A DNA stretch of 61,756 nucleotides from a virus (IMGVR_UViG_3300042888_000791:1-61756), one strand, 5' to 3'. Positions 20,623 through 33,500 are shown, numbered from the stretch's first letter. Numbers and translations: made by a program. Notes: a model not told the origin generated them from the sequence alone.

Positions 20623-23600
20623 ATGAAAGCAAAAATGTTAAAAATAGCAGGAGTTAAAAGTGAGGCTGCCTTCTATAAAAAATTTCCAAGTCAAGAAGCA
20701 TTTATGAAAGTGCATGGTAAAGAGTTTAAAAAAGCTCAAACAGCCAATGCTATTGATAAAGCTCAACAAGGTTTTACACAAGGATTTGGCATGAATCCAC
20801 AATCTCAATATCAAAATACTTTTGCTTCTAGTAATAATTTTGTTCCGGGAAATTATAATCCAATTGACCCTACTATAAATACTAATAGTGGTTTTCAGAA
20901 TACAGATCCATTTGCTATGCAAAATATGGGTAATCAATGGGCAAAACAAAATCCATTACCACAACAAGGAACTGGTCAAATTTCTAATACTGTATTTGGT
21001 GAAAACAAAGCAGTAACAGGTGGATTGGGGGGAAAAGATTTTAAAGGTATGGGAGATGCTAGTGGAGCTATGTCTTATATGGGTTCAGCAATGGATATTG
21101 GAAAAGGAATTAGTATGATTAAAGGACAAAGAGAAGCTAAAAGACAAGCTAAACAAAATTCTTTAGTTACAGGTGTACAAGCTGATGCTGCTGAAAGTAG
21201 AGATGTAGATATTTCTAGACAACAGCATGATTATGCAACTAGACAAAGAAATGCTATGATGAGGCCTATTACAGGAGAAGAGTTATTTCCTGTTACAGGT
21301 GTAGGTACAAATGTACTTGCTCAAAATGGTTCTCAAGTGAGTGGTAATAATACAGAAATTCAAAATACATTTGATCCTTATGATATATATGATGATGGTG
21401 GTTATGAACCATTAAATGATTCAGAACAAAATAAAACTTATCAATCTGGTGGAGATATTGGGCAGTTTGAGCCTATGCTTACTTCCGCTAGTAATAAATA
21501 TATTAATCAGGGAGGAGAACCTGATGCAGGTTCTATGATTGGTGGAGGTATAGGTGGTGCAGCAGGTATGGCTATTGGTGGCCCTATGGGTGAAAAAATT
21601 GGTAAACTTGCAGGAAGTGCTATAGGTGGTCTTATTGATACAACTGATAGAGATATAAAAAAATTTAGTAATCAATCCACAACTAATATTAATAGAGTCA
21701 GTAATCAAGCTTTTGGTAAAGGTATTCATAGTCAAAATGCATCTTATATGGAAGATGGTGGTTATATACCCTTAGCTGAAGAGGGAAATGAAATTCAATA
21801 TGATACTAAACATAGTATTGTGGATTTACTAGCATCTAAAGATGAAGCTAATGATTATACTTCTAGAAAAAAACTTGCTACATCTTTAGGTATTAAAAAT
21901 TATAGAGGATCTGCAGAACAAAATATTCAATTAATGAATATGGTTAATCATCCTAATAAAAAACTCACAGCAACTGCTAAAAGTCCTGCAAAAGAAAAAA
22001 CAGTTACACCTATCTCAAAAGATAAAAGTGTAATTCGTGTTATACCACCAGCAAAAGGTAAACAAGAATACCCTAATAAATTTTTTAATGATGACATTAA
22101 TAGATCACAGTTTAAAGATAAACCTTATAAAAGTCTTAAACAAAATCCAGTTAATCTTATAGATAATAAATTCTTTAATGCTGATATTAATAGAAAAGAA
22201 TTTAAAACTAATCCATATGAAGACCCTAGACATTTACAATCTGGAATGATAACTGACAAAGGAACTAATATGTCCCATGTTATTGAAAATGGAAAAATAG
22301 TTAAATCATTTCCTGTACTTACTGGACAAAGTAGAGATTGGAATCAAAACAATTATCCAATGAAATATCTTGATAAGCACCCTGAAAAAAGATCTACACC
22401 AACAGGTACATATATGATGGGACCAAATCCTAATATATATAGTGAACCAGGATTTAATTTAAATCCCATAAATGCATTTGGGCATCCAGCTGCAAAAGCT
22501 GAGAATACAGCTGTACACATTACGTATCCTCCGGAGTATGCTAAAAGAAATCCTTTATATTCTCAAACAGCAGATAAAAGAAATGCATCTTTTGGTTGTA
22601 CAAATTGTAGAAAACCAGATTTAAAAGATATTGTTGAAAGATATCCTAAAGGGGATACAGCTATATACATAGATAGTAGAAAAAAATATGATGATAGTTT
22701 TATTAAAAAATTTCAAAAACAAGATGGGGGGTATGTAAGCAATGATTGGACTCCACAAGTAATAGCTAAGTTTGGTGACCATACTGCAGAAGATTATTAT
22801 GACTATGCTCATGAGTATGATACATTAAGAGCTGGAGGAAGTGTTAAAGGAGATTATGAACCAATAAGTGAAAGAGGTATGGAAACTGCTGCTTTAGGTG
22901 GTAGTGTAAAAACATTGTGGGGTGGAGAAGTAAAATCTATTTCTCATAATCCTTATATGCCTAATTCAGGAGAAACAGTTAACTTTTATGGTCAATCTCA
23001 TGATGATGGTGGTATAGGTGTTAAATATGGTGAAGGTGGAGAATCACAACAAGGTGAACAAGCTAGTGTTGAAGTGGAAAGAGGGGAACCTTCTTTTGAA
23101 ATGACAGATCCTAATACAGGTAAACCTACATTAAATGTTTTAGGTGATAGAAAAGTACATGCTAGCTTTGCTAAGCAATTAGGAGATCCTGATTTAATTA
23201 AAATTGCTGAGCAATACGATGGTAAGAAATTTAAAAATATTGGCTTAGAATTATCTAAAAAAGAAAATAAGTATACTTCAATGATAGATAAAGCTACACA
23301 AGAATTAAATGATTTTAAACCAAAAACACAAGTTGATAAATTTAAATTAAATGCTTTAGAAAAAACCATTGAAGCTGCTCATCAAAATCTTAAACAAATT
23401 GCGGGTACTAAAATGACTCTTACACATTTTCAAAATGCTATTAATGATACAGCTGATGAGTTGTCAGAAAATTTAGGTAAAGATATTAGCTCTGGTAATC
23501 TTAATAAAGGAAAAGTTATGTTTGGAAAAGACAAAGGACAAATTGCTAAATATGGTGCTTCAATTGGTAAAGCACAAGGAGGGGATAAATTAAAAGGTAA

Positions 23601-24792
23601 TATAGATCCTAATATAGTTTATGGTCATCAGCCAGTATTAGAAGGAAACTTACCTTATACAGATATAGGGATTTCTAATACTAATCCTATGTTTAAAGAT
23701 AAAGAATCTTATTCAAAATATAAAGAATCTGTAGATAAAGCTTATGCTGATCCAGAAACTTCTAAAAAATTAATAAATTATTTTCAAAATTATACAGGGC
23801 CAGGTTGGCAAAATGTTAGAGCACAATTAAATAAAGGAAAATCTTTTGAAGACCAAGTAAATATTGCACATACATTAGCAACAGATAGTTTACCAGGAGC
23901 GTATCATGTTGATGTTGATCAGTTTAAATCAACCCCAACAGTTACTACTGCACCAACAACAACCGCAGCTCCGGGTAAAGTGTATGATGTTAAAGCAAAT
24001 CAAAGAAATCCATATATTGATTTTGGAAATCAAGCTCTTAAATATTTTAGACCAAGTGATGCTGAAGGATTAGATCCACAAGAACTAACAGGTGAAATGT
24101 ATGCTTTATCTAATAATCAAGTAGAACCTGTAAGAGCACAATTTTATCACCCAGAATTAGATGTTCCTTATGATATTTCATTACAAGATCAAATGAATGA
24201 AATAACAGCACAAACAAGAGGTGCACAAAGAATGGCAGGTTATAATCCAGCTGCACAAGCTGCTATTGCTCAGCAAGCATATGAACCAATTAACAGAGTA
24301 AAAGGAGAACAGTTTAGACTTAATCAAGCTAAAAAAGATCAAGTATATTCTGGTAATAGAGCTACATTAAATGATGCTCAATTTAAAAATTTAGGAATAG
24401 GTGATACACAATACACTAGACAAGAAGCAGCTAAGAGTAATACTAAAGCAATTAACCAAGCAGCACTTAGTTCTATATCAAGTAAATATCTTCAAAATAA
24501 ATTAGAGAATAGAACTTTAAAAACAAATGAAAATATGTATAATTACAGATTTGGTAAAGATTTTATTGCTGATAATTATAATGGAGTAGCTCAATTTAAT
24601 ATGCCTACTATATATAATAAAGAAGATAAGTCCGCTAATATGCTTCCTGTGTATGGTGCTAATGGTAAAATAACAGGGTTTAAACAAATCGATGAAGATA
24701 TTAAACCTATTGAAGAAACTAAACCTGCTAAAAATGGAAAAACTATTAAATCAAAAAATGGTTCTATAGTTAGTGCATACAGAAAACTATAA
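20623..24792 (+). CDS. Cargo/ejection protein with glycine zipper, DUF3597-like cell-wall-binding domain and L,D-transpeptidase (YkuD)-family domain
   Basis: GGGIGGAAGMAIGG zipper; SIVDLL...RKKLA..LGI.NY.GSAEQN; FPVLTG...TPTG.Y...VH...SFGC; SHDDGG...VEVERGE cargo motif. Confidence 0.7.
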   Translation: MKAKMLKIAGVKSEAAFYKKFPSQEAFMKVHGKEFKKAQTANAIDKAQQGFTQGFGMNPQSQYQNTFASSNNFVPGNYNPIDPTINTNSGFQNTDPFAMQNMGNQWAKQNPLPQQGTGQISNTVFGENKAVTGGLGGKDFKGMGDASGAMSYMGSAMDIGKGISMIKGQREAKRQAKQNSLVTGVQADAAESRDVDISRQQHDYATRQRNAMMRPITGEELFPVTGVGTNVLAQNGSQVSGNNTEIQNTFDPYDIYDDGGYEPLNDSEQNKTYQSGGDIGQFEPMLTSASNKYINQGGEPDAGSMIGGGIGGAAGMAIGGPMGEKIGKLAGSAIGGLIDTTDRDIKKFSNQSTTNINRVSNQAFGKGIHSQNASYMEDGGYIPLAEEGNEIQYDTKHSIVDLLASKDEANDYTSRKKLATSLGIKNYRGSAEQNIQLMNMVNHPNKKLTATAKSPAKEKTVTPISKDKSVIRVIPPAKGKQEYPNKFFNDDINRSQFKDKPYKSLKQNPVNLIDNKFFNADINRKEFKTNPYEDPRHLQSGMITDKGTNMSHVIENGKIVKSFPVLTGQSRDWNQNNYPMKYLDKHPEKRSTPTGTYMMGPNPNIYSEPGFNLNPINAFGHPAAKAENTAVHITYPPEYAKRNPLYSQTADKRNASFGCTNCRKPDLKDIVERYPKGDTAIYIDSRKKYDDSFIKKFQKQDGGYVSNDWTPQVIAKFGDHTAEDYYDYAHEYDTLRAGGSVKGDYEPISERGMETAALGGSVKTLWGGEVKSISHNPYMPNSGETVNFYGQSHDDGGIGVKYGEGGESQQGEQASVEVERGEPSFEMTDPNTGKPTLNVLGDRKVHASFAKQLGDPDLIKIAEQYDGKKFKNIGLELSKKENKYTSMIDKATQELNDFKPKTQVDKFKLNALEKTIEAAHQNLKQIAGTKMTLTHFQNAINDTADELSENLGKDISSGNLNKGKVMFGKDKGQIAKYGASIGKAQGGDKLKGNIDPNIVYGHQPVLEGNLPYTDIGISNTNPMFKDKESYSKYKESVDKAYADPETSKKLINYFQNYTGPGWQNVRAQLNKGKSFEDQVNIAHTLATDSLPGAYHVDVDQFKSTPTVTTAPTTTAAPGKVYDVKANQRNPYIDFGNQALKYFRPSDAEGLDPQELTGEMYALSNNQVEPVRAQFYHPELDVPYDISLQDQMNEITAQTRGAQRMAGYNPAAQAAIAQQAYEPINRVKGEQFRLNQAKKDQVYSGNRATLNDAQFKNLGIGDTQYTRQEAAKSNTKAINQAALSSISSKYLQNKLENRTLKTNENMYNYRFGKDFIADNYNGVAQFNMPTIYNKEDKSANMLPVYGANGKITGFKQIDEDIKPIEETKPAKNGKTIKSKNGSIVSAYRKL

Positions 24793-24832
24793 CAATTTTA
24801 ATTATAACGAATTAACTAATTGCATTATGTAT

Positions 24833-24864
24833 TTAGGAAGATATAATAATTTCCATTACATTTG
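24833..24864 (+). promoter_or_regulatory. Bacteroidota-type promoter
   Basis: TTAG-N20-TACATTTG (perfect -7 TAnnTTTG) just before ORF 24881. Confidence 0.6.
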
Positions 24865-24880
24865 CTAATAAATATATGCT

Positions 24881-27508
24881 ATGGCAAGTTTTACAGATAA
24901 CACACAAGCATTATCAACTTTTAATCCTTATATTCAGCAACTTCCTGTTGAAGCTATAGTTAAAGTTGGTATGGCTAAACAACAACAATATGATGAAGGT
25001 ATTCAAAAAATACAAACTAATATTGATAACATTGCAGGTCTTGATGTAATAAGAGATGTAGATAAAGCATATTTGCAATCTAAAATAAATGAATTAGGTA
25101 GTAATTTAAAAGTAGTTGGAGCTGGAGATTTTTCAGACTTCCAACTTGTCAATTCTGTAAATGGTATGACAAACCAAATTGCTAAAGATTCTAATGTTCA
25201 AGAAGCTGTTGGATCTACAGCTAGAGTTAGAAAAGAACAAGCTAATTTAGAAACAGCTAGAAAAGCTGGAAAATCTTCTGTACAAAATGAAGCATATTTT
25301 AATAAAGATTTAAATAAATGGGTTAATAGTTCTAATTTAAAAGAAGGGTATAATGGTAGATATATTGAATATACTGATATAGATAAAAAACTTAGAGAGG
25401 TTGCTGATAAAGTTCATGAACTAGATAATTCTATAGACATACCTTTTAAAAGAGATAGTGCTGGTAATATATTAAAAGGATCAGATGGTAAACCAATGAT
25501 CGATGATGCTATGCTTAGTATCTCTACTAAAGGTAAACCAGCATCAAAACTATTAGCTAACTTTTATAGTTCATTAAATGAAAATGATCAACAACAATTA
25601 CATATAGATTCTTGGTATCATTATAGAGGAGCAACAGCAGATACATTTAAAACTGATGCTACTAAAAATTATCAAGATAATAAAAAAATATTATCAGATA
25701 GTCTTGTTACAATGAGTACAGAAATACTAACAAATTCTAAATTATCTTCTGTTGATAAAAGTAAAATAGAAGCACAAATAAATGATGTTAATACAAGATT
25801 ATATGATGGTAGTCTTGAAAAAGAACTTAATACACAATTAGAACAAATAGGAACTGATCAAGATGCTGATTCTTATAAGTATAAATTATACACGCAAAAA
25901 TATTTAACTAAACTTGCTAATGATACTTCGTATGAAAGTATTAAACAAGAATATAAAAACAATCCTTATTTTCAAGCAGACATGCAAAAAAAAGATTTAC
26001 AGTTTAAATATGATAATGCTCGTAGAGAACAAATGAATTCAGATAGAGCCTTTGGATGGGACCAAACAAAATTCTATACATTACAGGCTGAAAAAATGGA
26101 AAAAGCTGCTTTAGATGCACAAACAAAAAATGGTAGTCAAGCTATTGGGCAAGCAGGTAGAATTTCTTCTAATGTTAATCCACCATCTATGCTTGATATA
26201 GATAAAGAAACTACCGGTATTAAAAATGATATAAATAAATTAACAAGTACATATGCTCCTACTATTGTAGATGGTAGATTAAAAGATAATAAACAAAGAG
26301 CTACATATTTAAATTATCTTTCTACACAATATGCAACTAATCCAGGATTTTTATCAAAGATAAAAGATGCTAATTTAAAAGAGTACTTAGAAAAAAGAAG
26401 AAGTCTTGAAATACAACTTGGACAAAAACAAAATCTTGGAATAGCAGCTAGTGGAGCTTCTAAAAAATATGATGTACAATTAGATGATTTGTTCAAATCT
26501 ACAGTTGGAATTAATAATACTCAAGGTAAACAATTACATACTGCAAAAGATTTATTTACATTAAGTAAAGATATTGAAAAGTTTTATAAAACAACTGAAG
26601 GAGGTGTAAGTCCAACAACAGGTGCATCAGCAAGTACTACTACTTTTGATACGCATGCATTATATGCAAAATATAAAGGAACTAATAAAGAGGCTATAGT
26701 TAGGGCATACATTAAACATTATAATGGGGATGCTATGAATAGTTCTGAAAAAATATTATTTGATAGAACACAACAAATAAAATTTAAATTTGATAATTCT
26801 GCTCGGGATATTTTAAAACAAAAATTAAAATTTCAATCTGATTATTTAGCACAAAGAATGCCTGAAAGACAAACAATTGTAGGATCTTTAAATAAAGATA
26901 ATAAAGTTGATATGAGGCATATCAATGCTTTAATTGTAGACAAACGTAATGAGTTTGCTAATGGAGGTATTGATGTTGATAGTAAAAAAGATTATAATCC
27001 TGATACTATAGATGAATTAATGAAATCTAAAAATGCTGGATATACAATTGAAAAACATTATGATGGATCTGCTAATGTAATAGTTAGTTCTGGTTCTCAA
27101 AGACAAATTATAAAATTAAATAGTAATGAGCTTGGTGCATACTTTCCAAACTATGCAAAAAATAGTCCAGTTAATGAAATTAAATATGCTGTGTTAGCTT
27201 CTCCAAAGCATACAACTAATTTACAAGGAGGCCATGATGCATCTAATGCTGTTAATGCTAGATATAGTGGATATGATTTACCTAATCTTGGTAAAACATT
27301 AGCACCATTAGTAAGATATGATATAGAGGGTAGTCCATTTAATGATGGATCTGGTAATGATAAATACCAAGTTAGAATGTATGTTAATGATAATGGACAC
27401 TGGAAAACAGATGTTATAACAGATTATGTTACAGATGCTGGTTTACCTATGGTATTTGAAAAAATAGGACCAGCAACAGTACAAGATTTTTTAAGTAGAA
27501 CAAAATAA
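24881..27508 (+). CDS. Cargo/ejection protein
   Basis: 875 aa, largely helical; FNPYIQQLP N-terminus; directly upstream of the virion RNAP gene. Confidence 0.55.
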   Translation: MASFTDNTQALSTFNPYIQQLPVEAIVKVGMAKQQQYDEGIQKIQTNIDNIAGLDVIRDVDKAYLQSKINELGSNLKVVGAGDFSDFQLVNSVNGMTNQIAKDSNVQEAVGSTARVRKEQANLETARKAGKSSVQNEAYFNKDLNKWVNSSNLKEGYNGRYIEYTDIDKKLREVADKVHELDNSIDIPFKRDSAGNILKGSDGKPMIDDAMLSISTKGKPASKLLANFYSSLNENDQQQLHIDSWYHYRGATADTFKTDATKNYQDNKKILSDSLVTMSTEILTNSKLSSVDKSKIEAQINDVNTRLYDGSLEKELNTQLEQIGTDQDADSYKYKLYTQKYLTKLANDTSYESIKQEYKNNPYFQADMQKKDLQFKYDNARREQMNSDRAFGWDQTKFYTLQAEKMEKAALDAQTKNGSQAIGQAGRISSNVNPPSMLDIDKETTGIKNDINKLTSTYAPTIVDGRLKDNKQRATYLNYLSTQYATNPGFLSKIKDANLKEYLEKRRSLEIQLGQKQNLGIAASGASKKYDVQLDDLFKSTVGINNTQGKQLHTAKDLFTLSKDIEKFYKTTEGGVSPTTGASASTTTFDTHALYAKYKGTNKEAIVRAYIKHYNGDAMNSSEKILFDRTQQIKFKFDNSARDILKQKLKFQSDYLAQRMPERQTIVGSLNKDNKVDMRHINALIVDKRNEFANGGIDVDSKKDYNPDTIDELMKSKNAGYTIEKHYDGSANVIVSSGSQRQIIKLNSNELGAYFPNYAKNSPVNEIKYAVLASPKHTTNLQGGHDASNAVNARYSGYDLPNLGKTLAPLVRYDIEGSPFNDGSGNDKYQVRMYVNDNGHWKTDVITDYVTDAGLPMVFEKIGPATVQDFLSRTK

Positions 27509-27519
27509 AACCACAAAAT

Positions 27520-30500
27520 ATGCCAATATTTGATAATGAACTTGTAGGTAATCCAACTGAAGGATTAACACCTTATTTTCAACCTAAAGGAGAGCTTGCT
27601 TCCCCACATACAACTGATGTAAATACATCTATGTACTTTGGGCATACACCAGAACAAAATGTTACTTATAAAGGAGGGTTTACATTAGATCAATTATCTG
27701 AAATATCATCTGTACCCAATAAAGCTACTTTTGATTCTCCGTTTCAAATGATTCCTAAAAGTGAATTACTTGCAAACAAAAGATATGGTATGTATGAAAG
27801 AGATAAAGATCTTGAAAACATATACAGTGTTAATCAATCTTGGGGTGCACAGCTAGGTAATGGTATACTTAAAATGGGAGCAACTGCTGCAGGTACATTT
27901 GCACAAGGATTTGCTACTCTTCCTAATACTATTTCTGCAATTAAAAATGGACAATTAAAAGACTTATCAAATCCAGATGGATATGAATCAGATATTGATA
28001 CTTGGTTAAAAAATATTGAAGACACTCTTCCTAACTATTATAGTAGACATGAAAAAGAACATCCTTTTTTAGCTGCTATTCCTGGATTTGCAGGAAGTGC
28101 TAATTTTTGGGGTGATAAAGTAATTAAAAATATAGGGTTTACTGTAGGTGCTATTGGTAGTGCAGTTGCACAAGATGCTCTTGTTGGTTTAGCTACAGAA
28201 GGAATTGGAGAGATACCTTTAATAGGTGCTCAAATTAGTAAAGCTGCTTTATATTTAAACAAAATATTTTCAGCTGAAACCAAAGTGGGTAGAGTATTAG
28301 GAGCTACAGAAAAAGGATTACTTACTAGAACACTTGAAGCAGCTAGTATAGAAGGTTTATCAGGTGAAGCTTTATTAACAACTAGACAATTAGCTGCATC
28401 AGCATCATTAGCTAAAATTACAGATGCAGGAAGATATTACCTTAATCTTTATGGTTCTGCTAGAACAGAAGCTGCTATTGAAGCAAGAGATGGTTATAGA
28501 CAAATTAAAGAAGAATTAACAAATCAATACAAGTTAGATAATTATGGTACTGACCCAAGTATTGAAGATACACAAGTAATAGAACAATACGCTACAGATG
28601 CTATGAATACTAGGTTTGGTATTAACATGGCTATACTTACTGTATCTAATGCTATTCAATTTGATAATATGCTAAAACCTTTTTCTACAGCTAGTACAAA
28701 AGGTTTAACTAGTAGTCTTGTACAGGATGTACAAAAAGCTGGAAAAATTGGACTTAAAGAAGGTTCGTTAGATACTTTTGAAAAACAAATACCAAAAACT
28801 TTTAGAGGTAAAGTATGGTCTTCAGTTAAACCAACTATTCCTCTTGTTTTATCAGAAGGTATATATGAAGAAGGTGGACAGTATGCTGCTGAAAGAGGAA
28901 CATATGATTACTATACAAGAAAATATAAAAATCCTACTACAGGAAAAAATAAACAAACTTGGGACAGTGTAGATGAAATTATAAATTCTACAGTGAAAGG
29001 TTTAAAAGATCAGTTTAGTACTACAGAGGGGCTTGAAAATATGTTTATTGGTGCTTTGTCTTCTATTATTACAGGAGGATTAATGAGTAAAGTAGATACT
29101 ATAAAAGGGCAAGGAAAAGACAAACGTCTTCAATCTTCAATTAATTTATTAAATAACAATGGTTTAACTGGTATTTTGCAAAATAAATATGGGGACACTA
29201 TTGATGCTGTTGGTATTGCTAAAGATATGAAAGAAGCTGCTTCTAGTGGTAATATATTTCAATATAAAAATTTACAACATAAAGCATTTTTTAATTTTGT
29301 AAACTCACGTATTCCTTCAGGATTACATGAAACAACAATTATGCAATTAGAAATGCTAAAAGAATTAGATAAAGATCAATTTGAAAAAATGTTTGGAATT
29401 GATTTTAGCACATCTAATAAATCTACCGTGAATGAATATGTAGATGCTTTAGTTTCTAAAGCTAATAGTATTAAATCTTCTGTAGATGCTTTAGATGCTA
29501 CATTTAAAAATCCTTATAAACAAGTTACAGATCCTAAAACAGATGAAGATCATTTAGAAAATTATAAGTTTAATACATTTAATATGTGGAAAACTGATTT
29601 ACTATTTGATTCTAGTATAGCCGTAGACTCAAATAATAGACTAGATTCTATTGAGAAAAATTCAATGAAAATTAATTCTTTTCTTAATAATGATGTATTA
29701 GCTAAACTTACAAAAAAAGAATCTTTACAAACACTAGCTACTACATATGAAGAAAATGCTAATAGATTACAAAATACTATTACAGATTTAACTTCAGCTG
29801 AAGATAGAAAAAATATTAAACAACAAATGAAAACTTTCAGAACTTATTCTGAAAGAATAAATTTAGATTTAAAAGATGAAGAACGTAGTCCAGAATTATT
29901 TAATTCATTACTTAATTTTGAATTAAATAATCAAGATAGTTCTAAAGATGCAATTGTAGGATTTGAACACGCTTCAACATTAATGACTAATGGTGTAGAT
30001 GTTAATAATATTAAAGAAGCTAAAAGAAAAGCTGCTCTTAATTTTGAATATTTAGCTACTGAAAAAGGTTTTGATAAATATTTTGAACAACAAAAACAAA
30101 TAGCTAAAGATCATGCTGAAACTATTGATATAGATCATGAAGTTGTTCCAGATACTCCTATATTTATTAATAAAGATAAAGAACAAGAACCAGTAGAACT
30201 TAATAGAGAATATGAAATAAAAGCTACTAAAAGAGCTACAGTTAAAAAATTAGCTGAAGATAGATTCCAAGTTACACACCCAGATGGAACTTTTACATAT
30301 CATACTACTAGAGATCTTGCTAATGAGTCTGCTAAAGAAATAACAGATGAAAACACTAACTTATCTAAAGTTAAAGTATTGGCTATTAATTCTGATGGTA
30401 CACTTAAAGTGGAAGATAAAAATGGTGATATAATTAATATTGACCCAAATAGATTAAAAGGATATAGAAGAATACTTACAGATCAAGAAAAACTTCAAAA

Positions 30501-33500
30501 AGATAAAGAGCAAATTAAAAAACAACAAATTGCTATTAGTAAAAAATCTGGTAATATACCTACTCCTGATACATCTTTAATAGATACTAAAGAACCACCA
30601 TTAAAAGATAAAACTAAGTTATTTACTTCTACTACAACAGAATCAGAAACATGGGATAAAGCTAAAGATTCAGCACCTCATGTAACTAGATCAAGAGCTT
30701 TTTTAAATAAAGTAAAAAAGTTTAATAAAAAAATAGGTAAAGTGAAAGCTATTTTAGTTACATCTAAAATGGAAAAAGCTTTAGGTCTTGAAGGATTAGC
30801 AGCTATGTCATATGGTACAAATGATATGTCTGATGTTAATCATATACAGAAAGGGTTTGTAGCAGCAGTATTTACTGTACAAGATAAAACAGGTATTTAC
30901 TTTGTAGATGAAGATGGAAATAAATTAAGTAAAGTTCGTGAACAAGTAGATTTGAATAAAGTAATTTTTCAAACTATGCCTACAACATCTTTAACAAATT
31001 CTAAAGGGTTTCCTAAAAATAGATCTGATCAAAAAGTAGAAGCAGCAGCTTATGCAAAAGGATGGGGAATATTTAGAGAAAAACTATTTACACTTGATGG
31101 TACACAGAAACCAAAACCAATGGAATTTTCAGTATCAAGAGGACTTGCTAAAGTTAATTCTGGTACTAGAGAAAGAAACCAAGTTGGAGGAATACTTATA
31201 GATGAAAATAAAATAGCTACACAAGAGGGACTTATAGTAATACCTACTACAGGAACTATAGCACACAACAATGAAGCTGTTGGTTTTCCTAATGGTGTGC
31301 CTGTATTACAATATGCAGACACATTAGAAGCTTTAAATAATAGAAAATTTACAAACACAGAAGCTAAAACAATATTTGAAGTAATTAAAGCATTAGCTGA
31401 TGAAGTGGTAAAACAATCTTCAAGTAACCAAGCTATAGAATTTAACAAAGAATATACATCATTTTTACAAAATATATTATATTGGAAATTAGGCGCTACA
31501 GAATCTGATAATCAAATTAGAATTAATGAAGAAACTCTTTCTCTTGAATTAGGTAAAAAAACTTATTCATTTGCTGAAATAGCTAATTTTGAAAAAGATA
31601 TTATAGATCAATTATCAAAAGCTTATATAAGTGTTAATAACAATACACTTACTAATAACTTTGCTGATGAATTTACAGAATTTATGTTTATTGGTAATAA
31701 ATTAATTCCTATTACATGGGAAAATTATCAAGTATATTTATTAGGCAGTAAATACCCAAATGGTTCTACAAGAAAAGCTGAAGAAACTCCATTAGTAACA
31801 GCTGTTGCTAAACCATCAGATTCAGTACCATATACACATATTGCAAAATATGCTACATTAGAAGGTATTGAGTTTCCTATTGACGCTGTTACACCAGCAC
31901 CTAAACAAACTCCAGTTACACCACCAAGCGCAGCAGGTAAATTTGTATTAGATGGTGTTACACAAAATAAATTAGATATAATAGGATTTGGGGAAATTAC
32001 TTTTACAGCTAAAGAAGGTGAAGAGCCTCAATTTGATACAACTAGTGAGGAATATATGAATGTTGGTATGAAACTTTTTGATTCAAGTAATTCTTATAGA
32101 TTAAAACAAGGTCAACCAGAAGTTAAATTGGAAGAATTAGTAGGAACTATAAAAGAATTTGTTACTAATTCTATTAAAAAAGCAATTGAAGTACAAAAAA
32201 TACCAACACCTACTACATATAATTTAGAAGGTACTGCTCCTAATACATATACTATACCTAATTTTGGTACAGTTACATTTACAGTGGTGGAAGGAGAAAA
32301 CCCTAAATTTGATGAAGATGCTGAATTTAAAAAAGTTCAGCAAAAATTTATTGATGCTGTTAATAAAACTAAACCAGGCACACCTAAAGCTAAAGCTATA
32401 GATATGGCCAATGCTGCTATATTAGCATTAGTAAATAAAGAAATAGGTAATACAGTTATACCACAACCAGCAGTTAATAAACCTAAACCAGGTTCTACAA
32501 TTGCACCTAGTGATGATTTTAGACTTGTTGGTCTTGAGGATAAAGATGTAATGACTGAAGAAGAAATTCAATTATTCAAAGAATGGATGAATGAAAATCT
32601 TCCTTTTATTCCTTATGAAATATTAGAACAAATTATTACTACTAACACTGGTGATAAAGCTTGGGGTGTATTTGAAAATAATGTAGCTAAGTTTGTTAAA
32701 GGTGGTCTTAAAGGTACTGAGTATCATGAAGTTATGGAAGCTATTTGGAATGGTATGCTTTCACCTGAAGAACGTAATAATATAATAGAAGATGAACGAT
32801 CTACCGGTGGTACATTTGTAGATAGAGTTACGGGTAAAACATATGAATATGCAGATGCTCCAGAACAAATATTGAAAGAAAGAATCATGGATGATTTTTC
32901 TGATTATAGACTTGGTAAATTACCAGCTAGATCATTAGGAGAAAGAATACAAAGATTCTTTAGAGCTATATTAGATTTCTTTAGTTCATTTGTTTCTAAC
33001 CCATCTTTAAAAGAACAATTGTTTAAAGAAGTTAATTCTGGTAAATTTAAAGAAAGAACTTTAAATGATTCTACTATAAGTAATTTAGCAGAATATAGAG
33101 CTGCAGGTGAACTGTCAGAACAACAAACTAATAATATTGTTCAAGATATGACAGCAAGAGCAGCTGGTATATTATTTAGTGAAGGTAATTTGGATTTATT
33201 ATACTCTCCTGATAGAATTACTAGCCAGGAAATGTTTAATAGAATTGAAGAAAGATATGCTTCTGAAGGAAGACTTTCTTTAATATCTGATAATGCTTGG
33301 AAAGAGTTAAAAGAAAAAACAAAAAATAAATTACGTACACTTGGTGTTGGTTTTGATACTAATGATCAAGTGAGTATTAATGATGAAGAAGCTAATAAGA
33401 ATGATTATGCTCCAGAACCTTTTTCAGTAGATTGGAAAAAGAATTCTACAGGCCCAGTTAAATTTACTTTAGCAACATTATTTGAAGCAGTTGCTTCAAA

